From: a virus
Reading direction: 5' to 3' (one strand)
Virus record (IMG/VR): IMGVR_UViG_3300027754_005987
Span: 1 to 64,000 of that record
Length of the DNA stretch: 64,000 bases
Under the pieces are notes generated by a model. It was not told the DNA's origin, did no database searches, and was given only the letters and a program-made list of their open reading frames with translations. This document shows, one piece after another, positions 1 to 8,462 of this stretch (positions are counted from its first letter, which is position 1; every line of letters starts with the position of its first letter). The position numbers and the translations under genes are program-made.

Positions 1-174
1 AAAAAACTAGTGTTTATATCAATTGAATCGGTAAGACAAAAAAGAGAAGCGTTAATAACAAAGCGTAATGATTTGTTACTTAATCAAAGATATACAGAAG
101 CTGATAAGCTATTGCCAGAATTAAATGAACTAAATGAAATTTTTAATAAAATATTAAAAGAAAATTTTGCATAA
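1..174 (+). CDS. 3' end of hypothetical protein (truncated by window)
   Basis: Open frame from base 1 (KKLVFISIESVRQKRE...KENFA) to TAA at 172-174. Confidence 0.6.
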   Translation, partial: KKLVFISIESVRQKREALITKRNDLLLNQRYTEADKLLPELNELNEIFNKILKENFA

Positions 175-189
175 GTAATTTTTTTTATT

Positions 190-197
190 TAAATTTG
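190..197 (+). promoter_or_regulatory. Bacteroidota-type housekeeping promoter -7 element (TAAATTTG), representative copy
   Basis: Matches TAnnTTTG with TTG about 20 nt upstream. Other copies: 1788, 3890, 6646, 18068, 23835, 26964, 40220, 61911 (+) and 2830, 3157, 3674, 33769, 40164, 63866 (-), each shortly upstream of a start codon. Confidence 0.75.
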
Positions 198-230
198 CAT
201 ATATTAATTAACTAACTAAAACTAACTAAC

Positions 231-1067
231 ATGAAAACTTTAGAACTTTCCACAAACTTATTACCTCTAATAAATGTAGGTACTTATGACGGTCAAACTT
301 GTGATATCAATAATTTTATTGATGACTATACAATTAATGAAGAGTATAAAGAAGGTTATATCAATTACGATTCTGAAACCTATTGGGATAACTTTGATAA
401 TAAGAAATATAAAACAAAATTATTCAAATTAAGTAATGAATATCTAATAGATAATATAAAACAACAATTAATTGATTTAAATATTGGTATATTGGATATA
501 CAATGTATTGGTATACATAGTCCACAATACTATAATTTTTCAACTGATTGTTTAAACTATAATTTATCTGTTACTGATGACTTTAATAATACATTAATTA
601 ATCTAATAAATAATTTAGATTCTAAAGATACTAATAGCTTATCTAATTTCCTAAAAGATAACTTTACCTCTCGTGATGGCTTTATGTCGTTTACTGATAA
701 TAATATTCATGACTTAATTAATAGTATAAATGATTTTGAGGATAGAGAAATATCTGCTTTCTTAACTTGGTATCTTAAATGTAAGGATATTATTAATACT
801 GATAATTGGTGCGAATTTCTATATGAAAATATTAGTTCTTATGAATATCCTGAATTTTTATCTGATGACTTTGTTGCTGTAACAAATGATGTTAGAAATC
901 ATATAATAGATTATACAAACCAAAACTATACCATTAAAGATACTGACACGATTATAAGCGATTTAAGAGACTATTTTGAATATGATGATGTTGATGATAG
1001 GTTAATAACTGATTTGGTATTAGAAAGCTTTAAAAGGATTGATGACCATACTTTAAAATTATTTTAA
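231..1067 (+). CDS. hypothetical early protein (acidic)
   Basis: 278-aa ORF after TAnnTTTG promoter and AACTAACTAAAAC leader. Confidence 0.8.
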   Translation: MKTLELSTNLLPLINVGTYDGQTCDINNFIDDYTINEEYKEGYINYDSETYWDNFDNKKYKTKLFKLSNEYLIDNIKQQLIDLNIGILDIQCIGIHSPQYYNFSTDCLNYNLSVTDDFNNTLINLINNLDSKDTNSLSNFLKDNFTSRDGFMSFTDNNIHDLINSINDFEDREISAFLTWYLKCKDIINTDNWCEFLYENISSYEYPEFLSDDFVAVTNDVRNHIIDYTNQNYTIKDTDTIISDLRDYFEYDDVDDRLITDLVLESFKRIDDHTLKLF

Positions 1068-1156
1068 TTCATTTGGTTTTGTGTTATCCTATATAAAAAA
1101 CACTATTTTAGTTGGTTAATCTATCAAGTGAGTGGTTTCCTTGATAGGTGGAAATA

Positions 1157-1184
1157 TGGGAGTCCTTGTGACTCTCTTTTTTTC
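1157..1184 (+). terminator. intrinsic terminator-like hairpin
   Basis: GGGAGTC-cttgt-GACTCTC followed by T-run. Confidence 0.55.
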
Positions 1185-1219
1185 TTTACCATATTATTCA
1201 CATATTAATACTAAAAACT

Positions 1220-1762
1220 ATGTTATATATCTTTAATAAAAAAACATTAAGCTACGATAAAATAAATGATAAAGGAATATTAATAATCATTTTTATTGTG
1301 GCAATCGTATCCACGATAACTGCATTAATAACAATAAGGAAATTAAACAATATAATGTTTATAAGTGAGGAGACAAAAGCAATTATTCTGGAGGAGCAAA
1401 ATTCATTTAGCGAAGAAAAACTAAAAGCATATATATTGGAATTAAATTTAAAATTCCCACATATAGTATTCGCACAAGCAAAACTAGAATCAGGTAATTT
1501 CCAAAGCAATATCTTTAAACAAAATAACAATTTCTTTGGAATGAAATGTGCAAAGCAAAGACCAAGCACAAATAAAGGTGAAAAGAAAGGTCACGCTTAT
1601 TTTAATAGCTGGAGAGATTGTGTAGTTGATTACGCTTTTTACCAAGCAAAATACTTATCCAAGATTAAATCAGAATCAGATTATATTGAATACCTAAATG
1701 AAAACTATGCACAAGATAAGAACTATATAAACAAATTAAAAGATATAATTGATAATAAATAA
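1220..1762 (+). CDS. GH73 glucosaminidase/muramidase with N-terminal TM anchor
   Basis: AQAKLESG (catalytic Glu), NNFFGMK, YAQDKNY (YAxD motif); hydrophobic segment at about aa 21-38. Confidence 0.85.
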   Translation: MLYIFNKKTLSYDKINDKGILIIIFIVAIVSTITALITIRKLNNIMFISEETKAIILEEQNSFSEEKLKAYILELNLKFPHIVFAQAKLESGNFQSNIFKQNNNFFGMKCAKQRPSTNKGEKKGHAYFNSWRDCVVDYAFYQAKYLSKIKSESDYIEYLNENYAQDKNYINKLKDIIDNK

Positions 1763-1822
1763 AGTTGTTTTATTGGACTGATTTTTGTATATTTGATATT
1801 ATTAACTAAAACTATAAAACCA

Positions 1823-2146
1823 ATGGAAACTAAAATAATATTTAAATTTAATGATATGACAATTTTAAAGATAGATAAAGATTTAAAATTGATAGAAATT
1901 CAAGCATATAAAAGAGCATTATCAAAAGCATATGATTGTAAAGTTGTTGATATCGAAGTTATATTTAAACAAGATACTAAAATAGTATCTGATATTGATT
2001 TAACAAAAGAAGGTATGGTATTTTGGAAAGGCTTTCATCCAAAAGTAATTACTGGTGTTAAATCAAGTTTAATAGAAGGTAGTGATGACTATTTGGATGC
2101 TATGAATAATAACACATTAGAAAACTTTTTACTATTCACAAATTAA
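1823..2146 (+). CDS. hypothetical protein
   Basis: ORF; ATG at 1823 preferred because it lies downstream of the TATATTTG promoter at 1788. Confidence 0.7.
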   Translation: METKIIFKFNDMTILKIDKDLKLIEIQAYKRALSKAYDCKVVDIEVIFKQDTKIVSDIDLTKEGMVFWKGFHPKVITGVKSSLIEGSDDYLDAMNNNTLENFLLFTN

Positions 2147-2150
2147 TTAC

Positions 2151-2429
2151 ATGGACTTTATACTAATTACAGAATTCTCTACAGAATGGAATTATATGTG
2201 GGAATGGATACAAAACCATCCAATAAATGAAGGACTTGAAAACCCAAAGATAGCAGAAAATAATGGAGCTGTTTGGGAATATATGGGTTCATATATGCAA
2301 GGCAAAAAAGCAATACATGAATTCAGACACATATCACATCCATCAAATAATGAAACTATTAAACTAAGCCTAGCATCAAGCAATCAATTATCAGATGATG
2401 AAATTGCTAAAAGGTTTAAGATAAAATAA
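2151..2429 (+). CDS. hypothetical protein
   Basis: 92-aa ORF with WEYMGS...HEFRH motif, operonic with upstream gene. Confidence 0.75.
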   Translation: MDFILITEFSTEWNYMWEWIQNHPINEGLENPKIAENNGAVWEYMGSYMQGKKAIHEFRHISHPSNNETIKLSLASSNQLSDDEIAKRFKIK

Positions 2430-2441
2430 ACACAATTGTGT
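2430..2441. repeat. palindrome ACACAATTGTGT (copy 1 of 4)
   Basis: Identical 12-bp palindrome at 2430, 2837, 3252, 6093, all intergenic. Confidence 0.85.
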
Positions 2442-2448
2442 ACATAAA

Positions 2449-2474
2449 AAAAGGGACTGATATCAGTCCCTTTT
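2449..2474. terminator. bidirectional intrinsic terminator
   Basis: A-run GGGACTGA-ta-TCAGTCCC T-run between convergent genes. Confidence 0.8.
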
Positions 2475-2491
2475 ATATTATCATATCAAGA

Positions 2492-2800
2492 TTATTTGCA
2501 GATAAAACCAGGAACTGAAACTATATGTCCCTTGTCATTCCTAACAACATCAGGATGCGATGTTGCTGGTGCAATTATATCCTCTCTGTCTGTAGCAGAG
2601 AATACAATCGCAGATACAATAAACATTGTTTTAGCCTTTGGTTTTGGCAAATCAATAATTTGACCAAAAACTTGCTTAAACATTCCATCAGAAACGCTAG
2701 TTAAACTTGATGAAACCCTAGCAATTGTGCCACTAGGTTCAAAGATAGTGCCATCATTTAATACAATGGCGTGTGGAGTAAGGTTAATGAAAGTTGTCAT
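2492..2800 (-). CDS. conserved phage hypothetical protein (INLTPH family)
   Basis: N-terminal FINLTPH and ARV...LP.P....IVS pattern. Confidence 0.75.
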   Translation of the reverse strand: MTTFINLTPHAIVLNDGTIFEPSGTIARVSSSLTSVSDGMFKQVFGQIIDLPKPKAKTMFIVSAIVFSATDREDIIAPATSHPDVVRNDKGHIVSVPGFICK

Positions 2801-2882
2801 AATATATAGTTTTTAGTAGTTTAAGATTACAAATATACACAATTGTGTACATAAAAAAAAGCATTGGCTAAAAAAAGCAGGA

Positions 2883-3119
2883 CTATTTAAGTCCTGCCAT
2901 TTGTTTTAATTCCTTTTTTATTTCCTTGGCTTTATCCCCTCTCCAAGTGCTGGCATTTGATAGGAAGTATAATATGATAGATTTTGCACTATCGTAACCA
3001 TAATTATCATTCATAGTGTCTAAAGATTGCATAGCATCTAAGTAAGGCTTTGCACCAAAATAGATTTTAGAATTCCAATCTTTTTTAATTTCTCTAGCAA
3101 TTACATTTAAAGGTCTCAT
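2883..3119 (-). CDS. small phage hypothetical protein
   Basis: MRPL..IA.EI..DW...AKPYL.AM...YFLSNA..WRG pattern; own promoter at 3157-3164. Confidence 0.75.
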   Translation of the reverse strand: MRPLNVIAREIKKDWNSKIYFGAKPYLDAMQSLDTMNDNYGYDSAKSIILYFLSNASTWRGDKAKEIKKELKQMAGLK

Positions 3120-3220
3120 AGTAGTAGTAGTTAATTAGTTAGTTAATTTATTGATACAAATTTAATGATAATAACAATACCTACAAAATTTTTATTGAAG
3201 ATATTTAATCTCCAGGTCTA

Positions 3221-3239
3221 ATTTAGATTCATTATAAAT
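3221..3239. promoter_or_regulatory. Fur-box-like 19-bp palindrome (copy 1 of 4)
   Basis: ATTTAGATTCATTATAAAT; related copies at 5963-5981, 6412-6430, 6593-6611. Confidence 0.55.
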
Positions 3240-3271
3240 AAACCTGGAGGTACACAATTGTGTATATAAAA

Positions 3272-3293
3272 AAAAAAGGGCTTAAAGCCCTTT
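3272..3293 (-). terminator. intrinsic terminator
   Basis: AAAGGGCTT-a-AAGCCCTTT with A-run, downstream of minus-strand gene. Confidence 0.7.
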
Positions 3294-3296
3294 CTT

Positions 3297-3641
3297 TTAG
3301 AAATTAAAATCATAAAACTTTATCGGGTTATGATTCATCTTGAATCTCCCTAGTCCCCATCCTTTTTTGGTTAGGGTAATCGTAATAGTGTTTGCATTTG
3401 GCAATGATTCATACGCCCATTTTTGAGCGTAGTTGTTAGTGCAATGCCCGGCAAAGCCTCCCGGCACGAATTCCATTTCAGAAATTCTCGTTGCGTGTAA
3501 AGCTCTAATAACAACCTTTTTAGGGTTGATAACTTGAACGACTTCATACGGCTCAATATCCGTATATAAGTGTAGGTTACAAAATTCTTTAATTTCAGAA
3601 ATTTCTGAATTAATTTCTACTTTTTTTAATTGGGTTTTCAT
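3297..3641 (-). CDS. hypothetical early protein
   Basis: Likely start MKTQLKK at 3641, after TATATTTG promoter at 3674; C-terminal FYDFNF. Confidence 0.7.
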   Translation of the reverse strand: MKTQLKKVEINSEISEIKEFCNLHLYTDIEPYEVVQVINPKKVVIRALHATRISEMEFVPGGFAGHCTNNYAQKWAYESLPNANTITITLTKKGWGLGRFKMNHNPIKFYDFNF

Positions 3642-3769
3642 AGTAGTTGGTTTTATTGGGTTAATAATTAGTGCAAATATAGTAAAAATATTAATATTAC
3701 AAGTAAACAATAAAAAAAAATATTTTTTTTTGTTATTTAATTTTTTTTTGTAATTTAGCATTACAAAAA

Positions 3770-3828
3770 AACACGATGTCAATTTTGGCATCGGGAGGTA
3801 TACTCCGACCTACCTTATATTTTTTTTT
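3770..3828 (+). repeat. 58-bp inverted repeat, left copy (structured element)
   Basis: AACACGATGTCAATTTTGGCATCGGGAGGTATACTCCGACCTACCTTATATTTTTTTT is the reverse complement of 6443-6500 with 4 transitions. Confidence 0.9.
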
Positions 3829-3922
3829 AAAAAAAACAATTTTCTCTTAATTATTTTTGGTAAAAAAATTATTGTATCAAATTTTTTATTATCTTTGCGA
3901 TAACTAACTAAAACCAAAAACT

Positions 3923-5914
3923 ATGAAAACCATATCTGAAATATCTAAAATGCCAATGGGCAATGTAGTTGAATCTTTTGTAGATTCAATGAAATACAAG
4001 CCATCTACCTATCAAGTTGATGTCTTCAAGGCATTAATGCAGACTAACCAAAACATAGTGGTTAATGCTGTCGCTGGTAGTGGTAAAACTACTACTTTGA
4101 TGTCATTGTTGAAGTTAATTAATGATAAAAAGGTATTAGTGGTTGCCTTTAATAAAACCATAGCTGAAGAACTAAGGTCTAAAGTTAGTAATTTAGGTTT
4201 AAATGCCTATGTTACAACTGCACATGGCTTTGGGTTATCTGTTTTAATGCGTAATGGCATTAAGATAAGTGAAGAAATAAAAGAGTCAAAATATAGGCTT
4301 TTATTCACCAATGGTGTTAAATTCACCAACGGTGATAACAAGCTATTATCTGTATTCAAAAATCTGACAGAAGAGCATTTAAATGCTGTCAGAAAACTAT
4401 CCATCCCAAATTGTGTTAATGAGGATGTATCGGTGTTAAAACAATACACTGCTAATATCTATAAAATTGTAGATTTGTCAAGAAAATTTGCCACTAAAAC
4501 TGATTCGGATATTGAATCTGTTTTAAAGCGTTATGACATTAGATTAATAGCTAATGAATTAACCAATGCAAAGACATTATTATCTATAGGCAGAAGCTAT
4601 CTTTCTATGGTAGATTTTGATGATTTACTTTGGTTGCCTAATGAGTTAGGTCTTAAAGTTGATGGATATGATTTTGTGTTGATTGATGAGTGTCAAGATA
4701 TCAATAATTCAGCAAGACATTTATTGCTGAAAGCAAAAAAATATAATGTAGGTAGATTTATCGCAGTTGGTGATGTTAATCAAGCTATCTATGGCTTTGC
4801 AGGAGCGAATTCTGAGTCGTTTAATGAACTGCAAAAGCAATTTAATACAATTACATTGCCATTGTCATTATGCTACAGATGTGGCTCTGACATTATTGAA
4901 ATGGCAAAACAATATGTGCCACAAATCGAAGCACACGAAAGCACAGGAAAAGGGATGGTTAACCTTAATGGCTCAATAAAGGATATAACACAAAATGACC
5001 TTATCTTGTGTAGGAATTCTGCACCATTGGTTAAATTGGCATTTGACTATATTAAAAATGGTGTTGTCGCAGTTATAAAAGGCAGAGATGTTGCTAATGG
5101 TATTGTTAATCTAATTAAGAACACTAATAAAACATTAACTAAAGATGTTATTGATGCTTTAGTTAGTGATTTAAATAATGTTTTAAAAAGCATAATGAGA
5201 CTAAAAAACTTGACAGAAGATGAAGCATCTTCTGAGCAAGAATTTATTAATGCCCAGGATAAATTTGAGATAGTTAATATGCTATCAGAAAATTGCACTA
5301 CAGCATCTGAAATGATTAGCAAAATCAATTCAATGTTTTCTGATGACAATGTTAAAAATGCCATTCAATTAAGCACTATCCACAGAGCAAAAGGTTTAGA
5401 AGCTGATAATGTATTTATCATTGAAATACATAAAATGCCATCCAAATTTGCCAAATTAGATTGGGAGATAAAGCAAGAGGAAAATTTGATATATGTTGCG
5501 TACACAAGAGCTATGAAATCATTACATATAGTGACTGATTGGTCTTATGATTCAGATACGGCTGAGACATTAAAGAAAAAAGCCGACATAAAGGTGTCTG
5601 ATTTTGTTGGTGTTGTTGGCTCAAAGGTGTCAGCTGAATTTCATATTACAGACATTCAAAGTGTAATGGGTTTTGAAGGCTATCCAACTAATGTGTATAA
5701 GTTACAAGATAACTATGGTAATGTTTGGTCAAAATGGACTACAATTGATGAAAAGTTTATCATTGTAGATGATAAAGAAATTAAGGTAGGTACAAAGATT
5801 AAATGTCAAGCATTAATCAAAGCACATACATTGTTTAATGGTGTTAAAATTAACGCAATCAAAACACTATCTAAATTTGATGCGAAAACAGATATTTCGC
5901 TGACAATAAAATAA
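3923..5914 (+). CDS. superfamily 1 (UvrD/Rep-like) DNA helicase with C-terminal extra domain
   Basis: Walker A AVAGSGKTT, LIDECQD, VGDVNQAIYGFAGA, CYRC, STIHRAKGLEAD, YVAYTRA. Confidence 0.92.
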   Translation: MKTISEISKMPMGNVVESFVDSMKYKPSTYQVDVFKALMQTNQNIVVNAVAGSGKTTTLMSLLKLINDKKVLVVAFNKTIAEELRSKVSNLGLNAYVTTAHGFGLSVLMRNGIKISEEIKESKYRLLFTNGVKFTNGDNKLLSVFKNLTEEHLNAVRKLSIPNCVNEDVSVLKQYTANIYKIVDLSRKFATKTDSDIESVLKRYDIRLIANELTNAKTLLSIGRSYLSMVDFDDLLWLPNELGLKVDGYDFVLIDECQDINNSARHLLLKAKKYNVGRFIAVGDVNQAIYGFAGANSESFNELQKQFNTITLPLSLCYRCGSDIIEMAKQYVPQIEAHESTGKGMVNLNGSIKDITQNDLILCRNSAPLVKLAFDYIKNGVVAVIKGRDVANGIVNLIKNTNKTLTKDVIDALVSDLNNVLKSIMRLKNLTEDEASSEQEFINAQDKFEIVNMLSENCTTASEMISKINSMFSDDNVKNAIQLSTIHRAKGLEADNVFIIEIHKMPSKFAKLDWEIKQEENLIYVAYTRAMKSLHIVTDWSYDSDTAETLKKKADIKVSDFVGVVGSKVSAEFHITDIQSVMGFEGYPTNVYKLQDNYGNVWSKWTTIDEKFIIVDDKEIKVGTKIKCQALIKAHTLFNGVKINAIKTLSKFDAKTDISLTIK

Positions 5915-5919
5915 AATTA

Positions 5920-5948
5920 AAAAGGCTATTAATTTAGCCTTTTTTTTT
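5920..5948 (+). terminator. intrinsic terminator
   Basis: AAAGGCTA-ttaatt-TAGCCTTT plus T-run. Confidence 0.8.
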
Positions 5949-6143
5949 GTACCTATTTTATCATTTAGAATCATTATAAATAGTGTTTTAAAGAGATATA
6001 AACTACTTTTTATTATTTTAGGTATATTGTATTAGAAAGATTATAAAAGTGTTTTAAATAGCTTTATTTTAATTTATAGCATAGCTTTATAGACACAATT
6101 GTGTACATAAATAGATAAGTTATATTCATTAGATAATTTTACA

Positions 6144-6410
6144 CTATAGAAAAAATATAACATTTCCAAATTTTTATTGGGTATAACAAAAAATATAATA
6201 TATGCAAATAAATTCTGGCTATAATAAAAAATATAATATATGCAAGTTTTTTTTACCCTATAATAAAAAATATAATATATGCAAGTTTTTTTTACCCTAT
6301 AATAAAAAATATAATATATGCAAGTTTTTTTTACCCTATAATAAAAAATATAATATATGCAAATAAATTCTGGTTATAACAAAAAATATAACATATGCAA
6401 GTTTTTTTCT
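6144..6410. repeat. tandem array of about seven 37-39-bp units
   Basis: Unit CTATAATAAAAAATATAATATATGCAAGTTTTTTTTACC starts at 6219, 6258, 6297 (identical) and 6336 (variant 3' end); degenerate units at about 6144, 6181, 6374. Confidence 0.9.
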
Positions 6411-6411
6411 A

Positions 6412-6430
6412 ATTTAGAATCATTCTAAAT
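6412..6430. promoter_or_regulatory. perfect 9-1-9 Fur-box-like palindrome
   Basis: ATTTAGAAT-C-ATTCTAAAT. Confidence 0.6.
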
Positions 6431-6442
6431 AATTTTTTTGAT

Positions 6443-6500
6443 AAAAAAAATATAAGGCAGGTTGGAGTATACCTCCCGATACCAAAATTGGCATCGTGTT
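6443..6500 (-). repeat. 58-bp inverted repeat, right copy
   Basis: Reverse complement of 3770-3828; adjoined by a 20-bp-stem hairpin (6500-6519 pairing with 6541-6560). Confidence 0.9.
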
Positions 6501-6688
6501 TTGTTTGGTATTGTATTTTAATTTTTAGTAAAATTATAAAAAAATACAATACCAAACAAATTTTAACCCAAAAATATTTAATTGCCAGGCTTATTTAGAT
6601 TCATTATAAATTAGCTCTATATGGTGTAAATTAAAAAAATAGCATTACATTTGTAGTATTAAGTCACTAACTAAAAAAAACTAAAAAA

Positions 6689-7348
6689 ATGGAAAATTTA
6701 CTAAAAGAAAACCAAATTAAATTATTAGAAAATAATTTAATTGAATTATTAAGTACTAAAGAAAAATCTTTAGTGGCTGTCGCTAAGACTATAAAAGGAA
6801 ATAGTATTTGTTATATTAAAGAATACTTTTCAAAAACAAGTGGTTTAGTAAATAATTACTTTGTTCGTTTAGGTTATAGCAACGAAAATGCTATCCTTAA
6901 TGATTGGGAAATAATCAAAGATTCTAAAAGTTTAATTTTGGTTATTGAATCATTGAAAAACGACTTTTCAGAAGAGGCTATTTTAAAGGCTTTTAACGAA
7001 CTTTATTTAAGTCTTCAAGTACGTACTTCAAGTGACGAGTTTAAGGCTGAATTATTAGCGCAAAATAACCCAACAATGAATAGAAGCAAAGGTCAAATTG
7101 ATGCTTTTACGCACCTTGCAAAAGGCGTAAAAATACACAATGAAACAAAGTTAATCTACATTGAAGGACTTGAAGAAAACAAAGTTTTCGTTGAAAAACG
7201 TTGCGAGGTAAAAGCAACCAACAGCAAAGAAAACACTATAATAAAAAGAAAGATAGAAAAAATCTTAAATTTCCGTCAAGCGAAAATTAGAAGATTCATT
7301 TTTGAAGAAACACAAATTTCTTTACAAGGTTTGAAAATTCAAGCATAA
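6689..7348 (+). CDS. hypothetical early protein
   Basis: 219-aa ORF with TACATTTG promoter at 6646 and terminator at 7356. Confidence 0.8.
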   Translation: MENLLKENQIKLLENNLIELLSTKEKSLVAVAKTIKGNSICYIKEYFSKTSGLVNNYFVRLGYSNENAILNDWEIIKDSKSLILVIESLKNDFSEEAILKAFNELYLSLQVRTSSDEFKAELLAQNNPTMNRSKGQIDAFTHLAKGVKIHNETKLIYIEGLEENKVFVEKRCEVKATNSKENTIIKRKIEKILNFRQAKIRRFIFEETQISLQGLKIQA

Positions 7349-7353
7349 AAAAT

Positions 7354-7384
7354 TAAGGGGACTAAATTTAGTCCCTTTTTTTTT
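7354..7384 (+). terminator. intrinsic terminator
   Basis: AAGGGACTAAA-TTTAGTCCCTT plus T-run. Confidence 0.8.
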
Positions 7385-7394
7385 GTTTATAATT

Positions 7395-7840
7395 AAAAAG
7401 TTATTAACAAAGTTAGGAAATGTAAAAAACCTAATTTTGTTAATAACTTTTTTTGTTGTTAATAACTTTATTTTGAAAATACAATAACTCATTAGAAGCG
7501 TTTTAACGATACTTTGTTTATTTTGAACATTATATATCTATTTAAATAAATAATGTATTAGAACCCCTCCTGGGTGCACCCCTGCCCCCGTTACCCCCCT
7601 CCGTATATGCCCCCCGTGATGCGTTGAAAATGGCCGTACGATACCATTCGTAAAATTTTTCTGGGAAATTTTTTTAGTTATTTTTTAGGTCTTACCTTTT
7701 TAATTTTTTCCTAGGGAATTTTCGGATAAAAAAGAGAGGGGGGTATCTATTATAAAAATTTTTTTTCTAGGAATTTTTGGGATAAAAAATAGAGGGGGTA
7801 CCTTTTTTTAAAAAAATTTTTCTAGGAATTTTTGGGTTAA
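7395..7840. other. putative replication origin / genome-terminus control region
   Basis: TTATTAACA-type 9-mers (7401, 7438, 7457), five C-tracts at 7564-7615, four TTTTTCT(A/G)GG(G)AATTT palindromic iterons at 7652-7836, and a visible switch to a G-rich + strand downstream. Confidence 0.5.
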
Positions 7841-7854
7841 TTTTTTTATGTCAT

Positions 7855-7862
7855 ATATTTAT
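7855..7862 (+). promoter_or_regulatory. phage late-promoter-like motif ATATTTAT, representative copy
   Basis: Same octamer shortly upstream of starts at 9923, 12819, 16227, 19276, 25411, 25793, 26556, 28432, 28647, 30448, 44527, 44818, 51024, 55854, 57819, 58621, 62621 (+) and 15944, 16186, 21083, 36503 (-), including terminase, protease and scaffold/capsid genes. Confidence 0.75.
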
Positions 7863-7874
7863 ATATAAAATTAT

Positions 7875-8462
7875 ATGAAAGGGTTTATAAAGGGATTATT
7901 AAGGGAGGGTTTATTTGGTGAAGATATTACATCTGGTAGTTCTCAATTAATTTATCATCGAACAAATAAATCATCATTTAAACAAATTATTAATAATAGT
8001 ATTCGTTTAGGCACAAAGGGGTTTTATGGTTTGGGGTTTTATGGTGTTACTGATTTAGCTAGTGCTTTAACTTCATATAGTAAAAAACATTATGGTAATT
8101 ACGTTATAGAGTGTTCTATTAATAGTTTAGATGGTTTTTTAATTTTGAATGAGGAAATTGCTAGAAAGACATATGGTAGTAAGTATATTAATATAGATAG
8201 TCAGTTAAAACATATTTTAGGTAATGATTTTCCATATTATGATAAGTTAAATGAAATTATAGAAGCTAATAATGGGTTTAAGTTTACATCTGAATTAGCG
8301 TTACAATTGGCTAAATTTAAACCGTTGATTCAATCAATAAACGGTATGGTTTATGAGAATAAAAATGATGGTAATTGTATTGTTTGTTATAACAATAAAT
8401 TATCTGAAATAGAATTACTTAGGGTTACTAATAATAATGGTAAAAGTTGGGTTAAAATATGA
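7875..8462 (+). CDS. leader-tagged ADP-ribosyltransferase-like protein
   Basis: MKGFIKGLLREG leader; LIYHRT...GFYGLGFYG...A..Y...YGNYVIE resembles the PARP/ART H-Y-Y core. Confidence 0.6.
   Translation: MKGFIKGLLREGLFGEDITSGSSQLIYHRTNKSSFKQIINNSIRLGTKGFYGLGFYGVTDLASALTSYSKKHYGNYVIECSINSLDGFLILNEEIARKTYGSKYINIDSQLKHILGNDFPYYDKLNEIIEANNGFKFTSELALQLAKFKPLIQSINGMVYENKNDGNCIVCYNNKLSEIELLRVTNNNGKSWVKI

Noticed and set aside
3642-3791. N-terminal extension of ORF 3297..3791 given in the track
   Set aside because: The extension runs through the promoter, poly-A/T and inverted-repeat sequence; the ATG at 3641 fits better.
6144-6410. CRISPR array
   Set aside because: Units are contiguous tandem copies with no unique spacers, and no cas genes are visible.
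3770-6500. Insertion sequence/transposon defined by the inverted repeats
   Set aside because: The enclosed gene is a helicase, not a transposase, and no target-site duplication is apparent.
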